Shown in pieces: positions 13,651 through 26,899 of a stretch of DNA of 64,000 nucleotides (positions are counted from its first letter, which is position 1; each line of letters starts with the position of its first letter). The notes under the pieces were generated by a model. It had not been told where the DNA came from. It did not search any database and saw nothing but the letters and a program-made list of their open reading frames with translations. The stretch is taken from the NCBI RefSeq assembly GCF_963921235.1, contig NC_086097.1:25174001-25238000 (forward strand). Direction: 5' to 3'. The translations under genes were made by a program, and so were the position numbers. Origin of the DNA: Mobula hypostoma. Its lineage: Eukaryota.

Positions 13651-13688
13651 AATTTATTAAGTATATATAATTGCCCCCCCCCTCTCTC

Positions 13689-13689
<1 letters not shown>

Positions 13690-13769
<80 letters not shown>

Positions 13770-13770
13770 C
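13690..13770. repeat. Compound (TA)n(TG)n(TA)n(CA)n microsatellite
   Basis: Direct inspection. Confidence 0.95.
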
Positions 13771-14889
13771 TTTTGTAGGTTGTTGTAATATATTGTTTGT
13801 TGTATTTTATATCATATTAGTGGCAATGTGGGTGCACTGTAGCATCATAACTAGCATAATATTTTGCAAGATCAGTATTCAATTCCTGCGTGGTCTGTAA
13901 GGAGTTTGTGCATTCTGCCTGTGACCACGTGCGTTTCCTACAGGTGCTCCAGTTTCCTCTCGTATTCCACAAAAAAGACATACTGCTTAGGGTTAGTAAG
14001 TTGTGGGCATGCCAGAAGCACGGCAATACTTGTGGGCTTTGTTTTGCAATGCCCAGATCTCAAGAATATTCAATACAGGAACATATGTGATAGACAGTGT
14101 CATTTGGTCCTCACTGTAACCCCAAGGAGAATGGTACAAAAGTTCAATTTTACTGTCATTTAATCATACACATGCATACAATTAAACAAAGCATCGGTTG
14201 TCTGAGGCCAAGGTGCAAAACACGGTAAATATAGTCATACACAGCAAATATAGTTTCACAAAATAATATTAGCACAAGTTACTGAGTAACATGCTGAAGG
14301 TTGACAGGTTGATGTAAAGTGCAAGGTGCATGCTTATGTAAGACAGTGTAATGTTACTGGTATTATTATAATAAAACAAATAGTCGTATGAATATATGAA
14401 AAATGACCAGTGCGGGATGAAACTGTATCAGTGAGTTGAGGAGGGCAGAGGGGAAAGGGCAGGACATTCAGACATGGTGTACATGTTTGCTGGGTGACAG
14501 CAGGATTTTAAGAAGTCTAACAGCTTGGGAGAGAGGGGGTGGAAGAAGCTGTTACCCAGCCTGATAGTACTGGTTCTTAAGCTACAGTACCTTCTGCCTG
14601 ATCGCAGGAGATTAAAGAGACTGTAGGAAGGACTAGAGGTACAGTGTATACAACGCTTCTGATATATGTCCTGAGTAGGGAAGGGGGGGAAGAGAGACCC
14701 CCAAAAGACATCATTTTTGGCCTTGCTGCCCTTAAGCATGCCTTTTCTTTCAAAAAAAAATTACAAAGGACAACTATGCAGATAACAAGTTTCAAATACT
14801 TCTGATAAGTGTCTGAGATTCCATGTTTTAGAAATAAGGCTTTTTTCATAGAAATCTCAGCGTAATTCAATGCTTTTGTATTTAGTAGA

Positions 14890-15930
14890 GCCATAGAGTT
14901 ATCAGGCACTATAGAAATAGGCCCTTCAACCTATCTAGCCCATGCCAAACTGTTATGCTGCTGAGTCCTACCAACTGCACCTGGAATACAGCATTCCAGC
15001 CCACCCCCCACCATCCCTGTACTTATCCAAACCTCTCAAATGTTGCAATCAAATTCATATCTACCACTCCCACTGGCAGCTTGTTTCATACCCTCAACAC
15101 CCTCAGAGTAAAGCAATTCTCCCTCAGGTTCCCTTAAATTTTTCACCTTTCACCCTAAACTTATACCTCTAGTTCTAGTCTCACCCAACCTTAGTGGAAA
15201 ATGATTGCTTGCATTTACCCTATTTATGTTGTTGTTGTTGAGTGTCGTCTAGTCGTTGTCGACTCACGGAAACATTAGTTGTAGTTGTCCATAGGGTTTT
15301 CCTGGCAGTAAATTGCCTGGCCTTGCTTCCGCGCAGCTGCTGCTGTTGCCCAGGTTGGAACCTGGCCGGATTCGAACTTAGAACCATCTGCCTCGAGGTC
15401 CATTGCTGATGCCACTACACCACCAGCCAGCCCCTACCCTATCTATACTCCTCAAAATTTGGAATACCTTTATCAAATCTCCCCTCATTCTCCTACACTC
15501 TAGCGAATAAATTCCTAACCTATTCAATCTTTCCCTGTAACTCAGGTGCCCAAGTCCCAGCCACATCCAAGTAAATTTTCTCAGTACTCTTTCAATCTTA
15601 TTGATATCCTTTCTGTAGATAGGCAACCAGAACTGCATACAATACTCCAAATCTAGCCTCACCAATGTCTTGTACAACTTCAACCTAACATCCCAATCCT
15701 GTACACAATACTTTGATTTATGAAGGCTAATGTACCAAAAGCTTTCTTTATGACCCTATCTACCTGTGACACCACTTTCAAAGAATGACAGACCTGTACT
15801 ACCAAATCCCTCTGTCTTACCACACTCCTCAATGCCCTGCTGTTTACCATGTAAGTCATACCCTGGTTTGTCCTCTCAAGGTGCAACACTTCACACTGTC
15901 TGCATTAAAACTTCATCTGCCATTTTTCAA
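14890..15930 (-). mobile_element. CR1 3' region interrupted by a SINE
   Basis: KLYKTLVRLDLEYCMQFW..RMRGDLIKVFQIL on the minus strand. Confidence 0.85.
15228..15434 (-). mobile_element. tRNA-derived SINE with RTE-type 3' end and (CAA)n tail
   Basis: A box TGGTGTAGTGG, B box GTTCGAATCC, 3' end gagtcgacaacgactagacgacac+(caa)n. TSD taccctat(t/c)tat at 15216-15227 and 15435-15446. Confidence 0.85.
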
Positions 15931-15990
15931 TCCTTTTTTTTGCAGGTAGTATTTGGATTTGCTGTGAAAACAACCATAAAGCATCTTTAC

Positions 15991-16068
15991 CTCCAGATCC
16001 CAGATGCTGTCCAACGTACTCAGTCTCTCTGGTACTGATTCAAAATGGTCCAGTGTCACTTGTGTGCC
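15991..16068 (-). CDS. CEP128: CEP128-like internal coding exon (78 nt, phase 0-0): GTQVTLDHFESVPERLSTLDSIWDLE
   Basis: Acceptor cagtttgttctgcatttag and donor GAG|gtaaag. Open frame. Resembles recalled human STQVALDHLESVPEKLSLLEDFKDFR. Confidence 0.85.
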
Positions 16069-16739
16069 CTAAATGCAGAACAAACTGTAAGTATACTCAG
16101 ACTCACACAGTTCGTTCAAACAGACCACAGTAGTAAGACCAACGTGATCAATTAAACATAATTGTGGAACTGTGTGCTGATTATTAACAGTTTACATGGA
16201 GGCTAAAGTTCCCCTTCATAGCAGAACCTGTAGATCACGCTTCTCATTGGTGACAGAACGTATGAGCCAGAGTTGCACAGCAAACAATGCAAAGCTTTGT
16301 TCTCTTTTATTAGTGAAAGCAAAAATTCAAAGATGCAACTGAAAAACAAAAACTGCACATGTACGGAATCTGAAATAAAATTAGAAAAGACGAGAAGTGC
16401 TCTGCAGGTCAAATAGCCTCTGCAGAAACAGAAACTGGCTTAATGTCTCAGGTTGAAGACCTTTTGTTAAATGTGGAAAAGTGGGAAGGGAGAATGGGTT
16501 AGAGATGGATAGGACAAATGGACTGTATCTTACAGGGAGGGAGCAGGGTTTCCAAGGTGATATCATATTTACAGAGATATAATTGATAGATAAATGAGGG
16601 GGTGGGAGAGAGGGAGAGAGGGAGAAAGAGACAGAACAAACAAAGGGACATATGAAAACCTGTGAAACATGGGTCAGAGCTGCTTCTGACATGTGAAAAA
16701 ACAAAATTGTTGAAGATAGTATTTCGAAATGGCAATGTG

Positions 16740-17230
16740 GACGTAGAACAGTACAGCACTGTACAGGCCCTTTGGCCCACGATGTAGTGCCGACTTTTTA
16801 ACCGACTCCAGGATCAATCTAATCCTTCCCTCCCACATAGCCCTCCATTTTTTCTTTCATTCATGTGCCTGTCTGAGAGTCTCATAAATATTCCTAATGT
16901 AACTGCCTCTTACTCCATCTCTGGAAGGGCATTCCACGCACTCACCACTCTCTGTGTTTTAAAAAAAACACTTAGCTCTGACATCCCACCTGTACTTTCC
17001 TCCAATCCCCTTCACAGTTGCCATTTCCACCCTGGGAAAAAGTCTCTAGCTATCCACTCTATCTGTGCCTCTTATCAACCTGTACTCCTCTATCATGTCA
17101 CCTCTCACCTTCCTTCACTCCAGAAAGAAAAACCTTAGCTCATTCAACCTATCCTTACATGCTGTTTAATCCAGGAAGCATCCTGGTAAATCTCCTCTGC
17201 ACCTTCTCGAAAACTTCCATCTTGTGTCTA
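16740..17230 (-). mobile_element. CR1 3' fragment
   Basis: Antisense CR1 3' UTR (acaggccctttggcccac) and ORF end. Confidence 0.75.
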
Positions 17231-19339
17231 TCAACAACCTCACAGAATCCAGCAACATTGGGCTCACTATTCCCTTTGTCTATCAATCCTTCTGCAACTT
17301 AAAACTACACCTTTTTTCCACTTTTCCAATTCTCATTAAGGATCTTCAGATTGAAGCATTAATTCTATCTCTCTTACAAGTGCCAAATGACCTGCTGGAT
17401 GTCTGTTATTAATTGGCAGGAACGCCCATGGTCCTCTCTTGACGGAAAACAACCTTTCATTTTGTTCCAAAGCAAGGAAGACGATGGGATGAGAAGGATA
17501 CAAATGTAGTGAGGGAAAGGTGGTATCATTTTTCAAGCTCATCTACAATTGTCTTTGTACCTCAACCACCTCCTCTCACAAACGTGTTGATCCATGCTGG
17601 GCTAACATGTCAGGGCCAGACACATATTTTGCCAATTTGACTATTCTTCATGGGAGACCTCAGGAAGCAAATACACGAGGGGGTGTGCAGTGATGAATCA
17701 TTAGTAAGTAAACCACAAACCTGCCACTTTCAATTGAAAGTCATCCAATATTGGAAAGGAATGAAGAAGCTGCTTTACACTAGTTCACTAGGGTTACTAG
17801 AGAAACAAACAGCCTTACACACTAGCTCTTTGGCTTTCAAACCTTAGGCTGCTCTGCTGAGTATAACTACTGCAGAACAGTCACCAACCAAGTCCCTCAA
17901 GATTATAATGACATGCTGGAGGCCCGGCCTGGGGTTAAACGACCGTGCATGTGCATGAGTAGGAGAGAAAAACAGGGCACATTTTTGCTATTGTTTGTTG
18001 CTGTTGTGTTCTGTGTTGTTCTGTTGAAACATTATGGGGATGCTATGTTGACACTGGAATGTGTGGCAACACTTGCGGGCTGCCCCCAGTGCACCCTCAG
18101 CTGTGTTGGTTATTGACGTAAACAACACATTTCACTGTGTGTTTTGTTGTACACGTGACAAATAAACTTGACTTAATTTACAATGACTAACTAACCTACT
18201 AACTGTCACATCTTCGATCTGTGGGAGGAAACCAGAGCACCTACACAGTCACTGGGAGAACGTACAAACTCCTTGCAGACAGTAGCGGGAATTGAACCCA
18301 GGTTGCTGGTGCTGTAAAGTTACGCACTAATCTGGGGTCCTCATTCATCACAATCATCACTGAGTCCTGGGTCAATACTGAAGATCGAAGCTTAAAGGTT
18401 GATTGGTACTACAGACCGAAGCTTGAAGGTCGATCGGAAACCAGAAGTCAAGGCCCAGTGGATTGAGCCCCTGAGTCTGTGAATCCTTGAAAGCCAACTG
18501 GGGATATCAAAGGCCCAATCTGTAAATCTATGAGGAAGGAATGGTACTTCTTTTGCTGTTGTTGCTTTGTCACTTGGTATGCTCTGTTTTTGTTGTGTTC
18601 TGTGTTGTTCTGCCGAGCACTGCGGGTGTGTTGGTTGTTAATGCAAACGACACGAGTCACTGTCTTTCAATGTACACATGACAAATAAACTTGAATCTTG
18701 AATCATTTGCGTGCTGCTGATAATGTGATGGACTGGATACATACTGCAATAGTCAGGAATAATATCAACATGGGTTTTATAAGTGTGGAAGTGTAGGGTC
18801 ATCTAATTTCAACCTGGACTTCTAAATCCAGTAAGTATTGACCATGTGAAAGAAAGCTTCACTGTGCCTCTACCTCACGGTGTCCTGAAGTGGAAAGCAT
18901 GCCAGCTTTCAATAATCCAATGAGCACAGCATGCACTGAAAAAGCTCATGAAACAGTTTATTTTAACCAGACCCCCAGACATGCTTTTTTACAGTAGCTG
19001 GCCAGAGAACACATTAAGATCTGTACAAGTGACAACATACTACAAAGGTAGAAGATCAGAAGTAAAGAAGGAGAGAGAGGGCAGGTCATTGGCACACAAA
19101 CCCTGCATTGGACAATGATATCTTCAGTGTGAAGGTGTCTACAATCGTCTTTAAATAGCATATATAGTCTAAGGTTAGGTATGGAAGGATGAAAGGATAC
19201 ACAACAATTATTCATGAATTAGATGCTGTTAAAGGCAACATCAAAGAAATAGGCTAAAAGAGCTCTTTTAAAGAGGCAAAGGCATTTACAGGGAGATGTC
19301 CAGAGCACAGCTAGCATTAATTATATTAGATTAGATTAA

Positions 19340-19635
19340 AATAGATTAAATTAGGTTAAATTAGATTAGCGTTTCCACTTTGGAACATACAGTGAAGTGT
19401 TTCATTTGCATCAAGTCAAATCAGCAAGGATTGTGCTGGGGCAGCCTGTATTGTCACCATGCTTCTGGCACCAACATAACATGCCCACAACTCAGTAACC
19501 CTAACCATATGTCTTTGGAATATGGGAGGAAACCCATGCAGTCACGGGAAGAACATACAAACTCCTTACTGAGAGTAGTGAAATTGGACCCGGGTCAATA
19601 GTGTTACAGTACTGCTACACCACTGTACCACCCCT
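19340..19635 (-). mobile_element. V-SINE/HE1-like tRNA SINE with non-CR1 tail
   Basis: Core ggtttcctcccatattccaaagac. Similar copies at about 13820-14040, 28950-29230, 40010-40220, 54000-54320 and 56760-57030. Confidence 0.75.
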
Positions 19636-19994
19636 TCCGCCACTGATGGTAGAAAAGGGATAGAGATATTACAAAGAAGGCCTGAGTGAAATATTGTCAT
19701 TCAATGGCACATTGACAAGAATATTAAATTTAGTATGTTCTTGCCACTGAACTAATGTAAGGCTTTATCTAAAGTTATGTATCAGTTGAAATTAGAATGT
19801 GACTAATTCTATTCTGGATAAATCCCATTTGTGATTGATGTAATAGAGTGAGTAGAGGAGGTGAGGCATGTTTTACAGATATCACAGTAGATGTTAATTC
19901 ATCATTCCAACAATAGTGAACTGGAGGCAGAGACAGAGATAGCAAGAAATGGCATCAATAGTCCTGACAAAAGGTTTTTGTCTTTGTTTCTCTT

Positions 19995-20640
19995 CCCACA
20001 GGTCAAAGTCAAAGTAAATTTATTATCGAAGTACATGCTGTATGTGTCACCGTATATTACTTTGAGATTCATTTTCGTGCAGGCATTTGCAGGAAAATAA
20101 ATACAGTACAACTTATGAAAATCTGTACATAAACAAATACTGACAATCAACCAATGTGCAAAAGAAGACAAATTGCCTCAATAATAAATAAATAAATAAA
20201 TAAATAAAATATAAATAAATAAATAGGCAGATGGATGAATAAATAAATGTGCAAGTAAAAAAATAAACAAACGGATAGATAGATAGATAGATAGATAAAT
20301 GGATGAATGAATGAATGAAAAATCATTAAAAATGACAACATGAGTTATAGAGTCCTTGAAAACAAGTCCATAGGTTATGAAATCAGTTCAGTGTTGAGGT
20401 GAGTGAAGTTATCCTCACTGGTTAAAGAGACTAATGACAGTAGGATAGTAACTGTTCCTGAACCTGATGGTGTGGGACCCAAGGCTCCTATACTTCCTGT
20501 CTGATAGTAGTAGCAAGAAGAGAGCATGGTTGGATGACAGGAGTCCATGATGATGGATGCTGCTTTCTTGTGGCAGTGCTCCTTTGTAAACATGCTCATT
20601 GAGGGGGTGGGCTTTCCCTGTGATGGACTGCTGCATATTC
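19995..20640 (-). mobile_element. Rex1/Babar-like LINE 3' end with internal (AAAT)/(AGAT) microsatellite
   Basis: CHKKAASIIMDSCHP..LLLSDRKYRSL..FRNSYYP remnants and a ctttga-type tail. Confidence 0.75.
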
Positions 20641-20953
20641 CCTATGGTTTCTGTTTTTGCTCTTGAGTTTTTTTCATTTTCATGGCTCCGATAGGATAGG
20701 ACTTTCAGGGAGCTAGTATTAGCATGAGGGGCTGTAGTTGCTCTTTTGTATTGTGAAGGTAGAACTGTACTATTGTAGACCAGAGAAATAGTTTTGAAGT
20801 TTTGTGCGGATCATAAAAATAGCAAAGAAGGAAAACAATTTCAGAAGCTTGCACAGGAGAATTTTCTTGCTTTCTAAGGTTCCAGTGCAATGAGAAAGGA
20901 GGTATTTCTGGATCTGAAGAATCCCTCACTGAGGATCTGTCAAGAGAGGAATA

Positions 20954-21585
20954 TACACAGTGGCCACTTTATTACATGCAGGAGTGAAATCCAGTGTGGT
21001 CTTCTACTGCTGTAGCCAATCTACTTCAAGGTTTGATGTTTTGTGTATTCTGGATAACTATTACTTATGTGTTGTCTTTTACATACTGGTTATTTTAATT
21101 TATTATCAAAGTTTATATATACTTTGATAGTATATTATTTTCAACTTTGAACCTTTTTTGAACTGTTATAACAGTTAGTTATTTGAGTTACTGTCACCTT
21201 CCTGTCAGCTTGAACCAGTCCAGCCATTCTCCTTTGACCTCTCTCATTAGCAAGGTATTTTTGCCCACAGAACTGCCACTTTCTGGATGCTTTTTGTTTT
21301 CTGCACCATTTTCCGTAAACTCTGGAGACTGTTGTGCATGGAAATCCCCAGAGATCAGCAGTTTCTGAGATACTCAAACAATTCTGTCTGGCATCAACAT
21401 TCATTCCACAGTCAAAAGTCACTTAGATCTCATTTCTTCCCCATTCTGAGGTTTGGTCTGACAACAACTGAAGCTCTTAACCATGTCTGCATGTTTTAAT
21501 GCACTGATTCTCTACCACATCATTGGCTGATTAGATATTTGCATTAACAAGTAGGTGAACCTGATAAAGTGCTGACTAAGTGTAT
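20954..21585 (-). mobile_element. Non-autonomous Tc1-derived element (family of 61536-62102)
   Basis: Reverse-complement homology to 61536-62102. Degenerate TIRs at both ends. Confidence 0.8.
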
Positions 21586-21829
21586 AGGGAACAGTGGTCA
21601 AGGTAAATAAGCTTTAATTAAACAATGGGAAAGGAATAGGGACAATTCAAAGTGAAAGTATTTAGTTAAAGTTCAAAGTAAATTTATTATCAAACATTGA
21701 AAAGATGGCTACACTTAGATTAGTCACCAGGTTTGGACACGCCACAAACTAGGTTCGTGAGTCAAGGTAAGTAAAAAATTGCAGAGCTATGGACCAGAAT
21801 CTTCCAAATGTACTTTGATATAGCGCCTG

Positions 21830-22420
21830 TATTGATTACAGGATTTGGGATGTTATATTGAAGTTGTATAAGACATTGATGAAGAAATATTTGGGGTATT
21901 GTGTACAGTTCTGGTCACCTACCTAGAGGAAACATTAAAAGAGTGCAGAGAAAAATTTACAATGATGTTGCCATAATTTGAGGTCCTGAATTATAGGCAA
22001 AGGGTGACTATGTTAGAAATTGTTTCCATGAAGCACAGGAGATTGAGAGGAGATTTGATAGAGGTATACAAAATTATGAGAGGTATAGACAGAAGAAATG
22101 CAAGCAGGCTTTTTCCACTGAGGTTGGATGACTATAATTAGAAGTCATAGGTTAAGGGTTAAATGTGAAATATTTAAGAGGAACATGAAGGAGAACTTCT
22201 TTACACAGAGGGTGGTAAGGATGTGGAATGAAGTGCCAACAGAAGTGGTGGATGCAGGTTCAATTCCACCTTTAAAGAGAAATTTGGTTAAATACATGAA
22301 TGGGATGGTCATGGAGGGTGAGAGTGCAGGTGTAGGTTTGATGGATTGGGCAGAATAACAGTTCAGCATGGACTAGATGGGCTGAAGGGCCTGTTTCTGT
22401 GCTGTAGCACTCCATGACTC
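21830..22420 (+). mobile_element. CR1 3' fragment
   Basis: LRGDLIEVYKIMRG..FFTQRVVRMWN and CR1 3' UTR. Confidence 0.8.
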
Positions 22421-22640
22421 TAAATGCAAATGTTGAGCTCTTGTTCAAGAACACAATGGAAGAATAAATCCAACAATCACCGACCAGTCAATTAAATCTC
22501 AGCAGGATCAGAATCAGGTTTATTAACACTGGCATGTGACGGGAAAGCTGCAAAAAATAGCCTAAGGCAATATAAAAAAGCCAGCACAGAGAATTAATAA
22601 AAAAATCCCAGACCAGATTTGCAAAAAAAAAATCGAAGGA

Positions 22641-23099
22641 TACCATACCGTGCAAACGTCTTTGGCACATATGTATAGCCAGGGTGCCTAAAACTTTTGC
22701 ACAGTACAGTATCGTATTTGTCAATCTAGAGCAGAAAGTAAGTTTGTGAATCTGGTGGGAGCAAAGGATGCTGGGAATGACAAGGGTAGAGCACCATGGG
22801 AGGGGTGTGGTGCCAGAGAAGGAGTGCCGGGGGTGGAGGGTGGCACAGGTGCAGACACATCAGCCCTGAGACAGCAGCCAAGGTCATTTGAGGCCAAACA
22901 ATTGGTTTATTGATCATTACAGAATGTCTCTCTGGTGCTTCCCACTACTCCCTCCCCTCTCCATATCAGAATCAAGTTTATTATCACTCACATGTCGTGA
23001 AATTTGTTTCTTTTTGCAACAACAGTACAACGCAATACATAAAATTACTACAGTACTGTGCAAAAGTATATGTGCCTAAGACTTTTGCACAGTACTGCA
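22641..23099 (-). mobile_element. Composite MITE-like element (second copy of 4632-5128)
   Basis: Mini-palindromes at 22641-22711 and 23049-23099 (cagtactgtgcaaaagt..tgcctaagacttttgcacagtactg). Confidence 0.72.
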
Positions 23100-23243
23100 G
23101 ATGCTGTATAACTAATTTGATCAAATGTTTTGTTCAGTTAACAGACAGTGCAATGGATGAATATCCACTAAACGTACTGTACAATTCATTGATTTGACAG
23201 TTTGTTTATACACTATCATATTTTTGTCTTAGTAATTTTATAA

Positions 23244-24045
23244 GAATCAGGTTTATTATCTCCAGCATGTGTAGTGAAATTTGTTAAATTAGCAGCAGCA
23301 GCTCAATGCAATACATAATACAGAAAAAAAATAATAATAAGTAAATCAATTACAGTATATGTACACTGAATAGATTAAAAATCGTGGAAAGAACAGAAAT
23401 AATATATATTAAAAAAGTGAGGTAGTGTTCACAAGTTCAATGTCCATTTAGGAATCAGATGGCAGAGGGGAAGAAGCTGTTGCTGAATCACTGAGTGTGT
23501 GTCTTCAGGCTTTTATGTCTCCTATCTGATGGTAACAGTGAGAAAAGGACATGCTCTGGGTGCTGGAGGTCCTTAATAATGGACGCTGCTGACTAAATTT
23601 ATGACCCTCTGCAGCTTCTTTCGGACCTGTGCAGTAGCCCCTCCTCCATACCAGACAGTGACGCAGCCTGTCAAAATACTCTCCACAGTACATCTATAGA
23701 AGTTTTTGAGTGTTTTTGTTGATAACAAATCTCTTCAAACTCAAATGAAGTATTGTCGCTGTCTTGCCTTCTTTTTAACTGCATCAATATGTTTCGCTGA
23801 ACACCTATGCTCTGTCCACCAGAGAAAGCAGGATCTCGCAGTGGCCACACATTTTAATTCCATGTCCCATTCCCATTCTGACACGTCTATCCACGGCCTC
23901 CTCTACTGTCAAGATGAAGCCACACTCAGGTTGGAGGAACAACACCTTGTATTCCGTCTGGGTAGCCTCCAACCTGATGGCATGAATATTGACTTCTCTA
24001 ACTTCTGTTAATGCCCCTCCTCCCCTTCTTACCCCAACCCTCATT

Positions 24046-24108
<63 letters not shown>

Positions 24109-25640
24109 TTTCCACTTTCTTTCTCTCTCTCTTTTTTCTCCCTCTGTCCCTCTCACAATAACCCCTTGCCTGCTTTCCATCCTCCGGGCTCCCCTCCCCC
24201 CTTCCCTCTCTCCCCAGGCTTCCCGTCCCATGATCCTCTCCCTTCTCCAGCCTCGTATCCCTTTTGCCAATCAACTTTCCAGCTCTTGGTTCCATCCCTC
24301 CCCTCCTGTCTTCTCCTATCATTTTGGATCTCCCCCTCCCCCTCCTGCTTTCAAATCTCTTACTATCTCTTCTTTCAGTTAGTCCTGACAAAGGGTCTCG
24401 GCCGGAAACATCAACTGTACCTCTTCCTATAGATGCTGCCTGACCTGCTGCGTTCCATCAGCATTTTGTGTGTGTTGCTTGAATTTCCAGCATCTGCAGA
24501 TTTCCTCGTGTTTGTGTTGATATGTTGGGACCAGGTTAGGTCCTCAGAGATTGACACCCAGGAATTAAAACTGCTCACACTGTCCACTTCTGATCCCTCT
24601 ATGAGTATTGATATGTGATCCCTCATTTTACCCTTCCTGAAGTCAACAATCAGCTCTTCCGTCTTACTGACGTTGAGTGCCAGGTTGTTGCTGTGACACC
24701 ACTCCACTAGTTGGGATATCTCTCTCCTGTACGCCTTCTCATTTCCATCTGAGATTTTACTAACGATGGTTGTATCATCAGCAAATTTATAGATGGTATT
24801 TGAGCTATGCCTAGCCACACAGTAATGGGCTAAGCACACACCCCTGAGGTGCACCAGTGTTGATCGTCAGCGAGGAAGAGATGTTATCACCAATCCACAC
24901 AGATTGTGGTCTTCTGGTTAGGAAGTCGAGGATCCAGTTGCAGAGGGAGGTACAAAGGCCCAGGTTCTGTAACTTCTCAGTCAGGATTGTGGGAATGATG
25001 GTATTAAATGCTGAGCTATAGTTGATGAACAGCATCCTGACATAGGTGTTTGTGTTGTCCAGGTGGTCTAAGGCCGTGTGAAGAGCCATTGAGATTGCAT
25101 CTGCCGTTGACCTATTGTGGTGATAGGCAAATTGCAATGGGTCCAGGTCCTTGCTGAGGCAAGAGTCCAGTCTAGTCATGACCAAGCTCTCTCACAGCAT
25201 TTCATCATTGTAGATGTAAGTGCTGCCGGGCGATAGTCATTAAGGCAGCTCACATTATCCTTCTTAGGCACTGGTATAATTGTTGCCTTTTTGAAGCAAG
25301 TAGGAACTTTCACCCGTAGCAGTGAGAGGTTGAAAAATGTCCTTGAATAGTCCTGCCAGTTGGTTGGCTTAGGTTTTCAGAGCCTTACCAGGTATTCCAT
25401 CGGGACCTTCCACCTTGCGAGGGTTCACCCTCTTTAAATACAGCCTAACATCGACCTCTGAAACAGAGATCACAGGGGTCATCGGGTGCAGCAGGGAACT
25501 TCACAGCTGTAGTTATATTCTCCCTTTCAAAGTGAGCATAGAAGGCATTGAGTTCATCTGGTAGTGAAGCATCGCTGCCATTCATGCTATTGGATTTTGC
25601 TTTGTAAGAAGTAACGTCTTGCAAACCCTGTCAGAGTTGT
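23244..25640 (-). mobile_element. Rex1/Babar-like LINE (RT plus 3' end) interrupted by Penelope
   Basis: [65 protein letters not shown], with a ttctga-type tail. Confidence 0.9.
23794..24519 (+). mobile_element. Penelope-like 3' fragment (GIY-YIG C-terminus, 3' UTR, degenerate hammerhead at 24381-24416)
   Basis: FAEHLCSV..VATHFNS..RLEEQHLVFRLGSLQPDGMNIDFSNF. TSD atatgtt at 23787-23793 and 24520-24526. (ATTT)n inside the UTR. Confidence 0.9.
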
Positions 25641-26899
25641 AGTAATTTAGTCTTAAATTACATGGCTGATTTAATGGAGCACTAATACATCTGTAGCTAA
25701 ACCAGCAGAAAAAATGCATTTAATTCATGGTAAGTAAACACTGAGTAAAAATTGGCCAAAATTTGACTAATTGCATGCCTTAAGACCAAGGGGCTGTCTA
25801 TTGAACGGGTTTTAAGATCAAGGAATTGCTGGAAAAATTATTTACACAGACAAATTTTAACATTAATTAAAATGTTAAGTTATTTATAAAGTTGGAGCTT
25901 GATAACTTCCTTATCTGAAGACTTGTGGTCGGCTGTCAAAAGCACTTATAGACATAAATAATAACCAAGTCAAAATTTATATATAACATTTGAAAGCTTT
26001 AATTGGGCAATTGTCTCTACTCTAAAATCTGCCCATCAAATTTTCAGGATTCTGATTAACTCTGATGTTGCTCTGCCAAGAATTCTTTATCGTGGTAACA
26101 GCCAAATATCAAGCAAAACTGCATTGCATTAATGACAATAGGTTGGTTCATTAAATAGAGCATTTAATAAACTTCAAAGATTCAAAGTACATTCATTATC
26201 AAAGAATGTATAAATTATACAACCTTGAGATTTGTTAGCTTACAGGTAGCCACAAAGCAAGAAACCTGAAAGAATCCAATTTTATAAAATAAAAGACCAA
26301 CACCCGATGCGGAAGAGTAAGGGAAAAAAAACACACAAAACATGTGAACAATTGAAGTGAGCAACAACAGTCCAAACCAAGTTGAGTCCTCAGATCTAAA
26401 CCCTGAAGCAGCCACGAGTAGGCCCAAAGCCTTGCTTATCAGTTCATCACATTTGCAGAGCACAACAGCTAAGACAGTATTCATAGCCTCAGTGCCATGG
26501 AGAGAGCAGTGACCCACCGCGGGGAGCGAGCGAAATTGTCTCTTGCTTTGGATCCCAACACCCTGTCTTTACAGTCTACCTAGGCCAGCGTTTAAATTGA
26601 CCAAACAACCGATCATAGCTCGCATTCTAACTTGAAAGGTTCTGGTACTGTTGAGAGAGGAGTGAACAATGCAGAGATCGAGTGAAGTTGGCTCTTATCT
26701 CCAATCTGGGCCGGCGTTTAAGTTGTCTAAACAGCGGATTCTGCCTTGCACTACAACAAGGCTACTCTGAAGGGCTTGAGGCCTAGACCACACAGCCTAG
26801 CAACTCACTTCAAGCCCACATTACACCGACCAGCCCGAAGCTGCTCTCAAGCTCTTCAAATCATTTTGGTGCCCAGAGCAATCCAACCTCCCACCAAGG

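Noticed and set aside
18993..19039. Strong minus-strand polypyrimidine acceptor
   Set aside because: Only a weak donor follows, and it would shift the frame in a phase-0 intron.
23706..24432. ORFs 23706-24011 and 23989-24432 as genes
   Set aside because: Chimera of antisense Rex1 and Penelope GIY-YIG sequence, plus (ATTT)n read-through.
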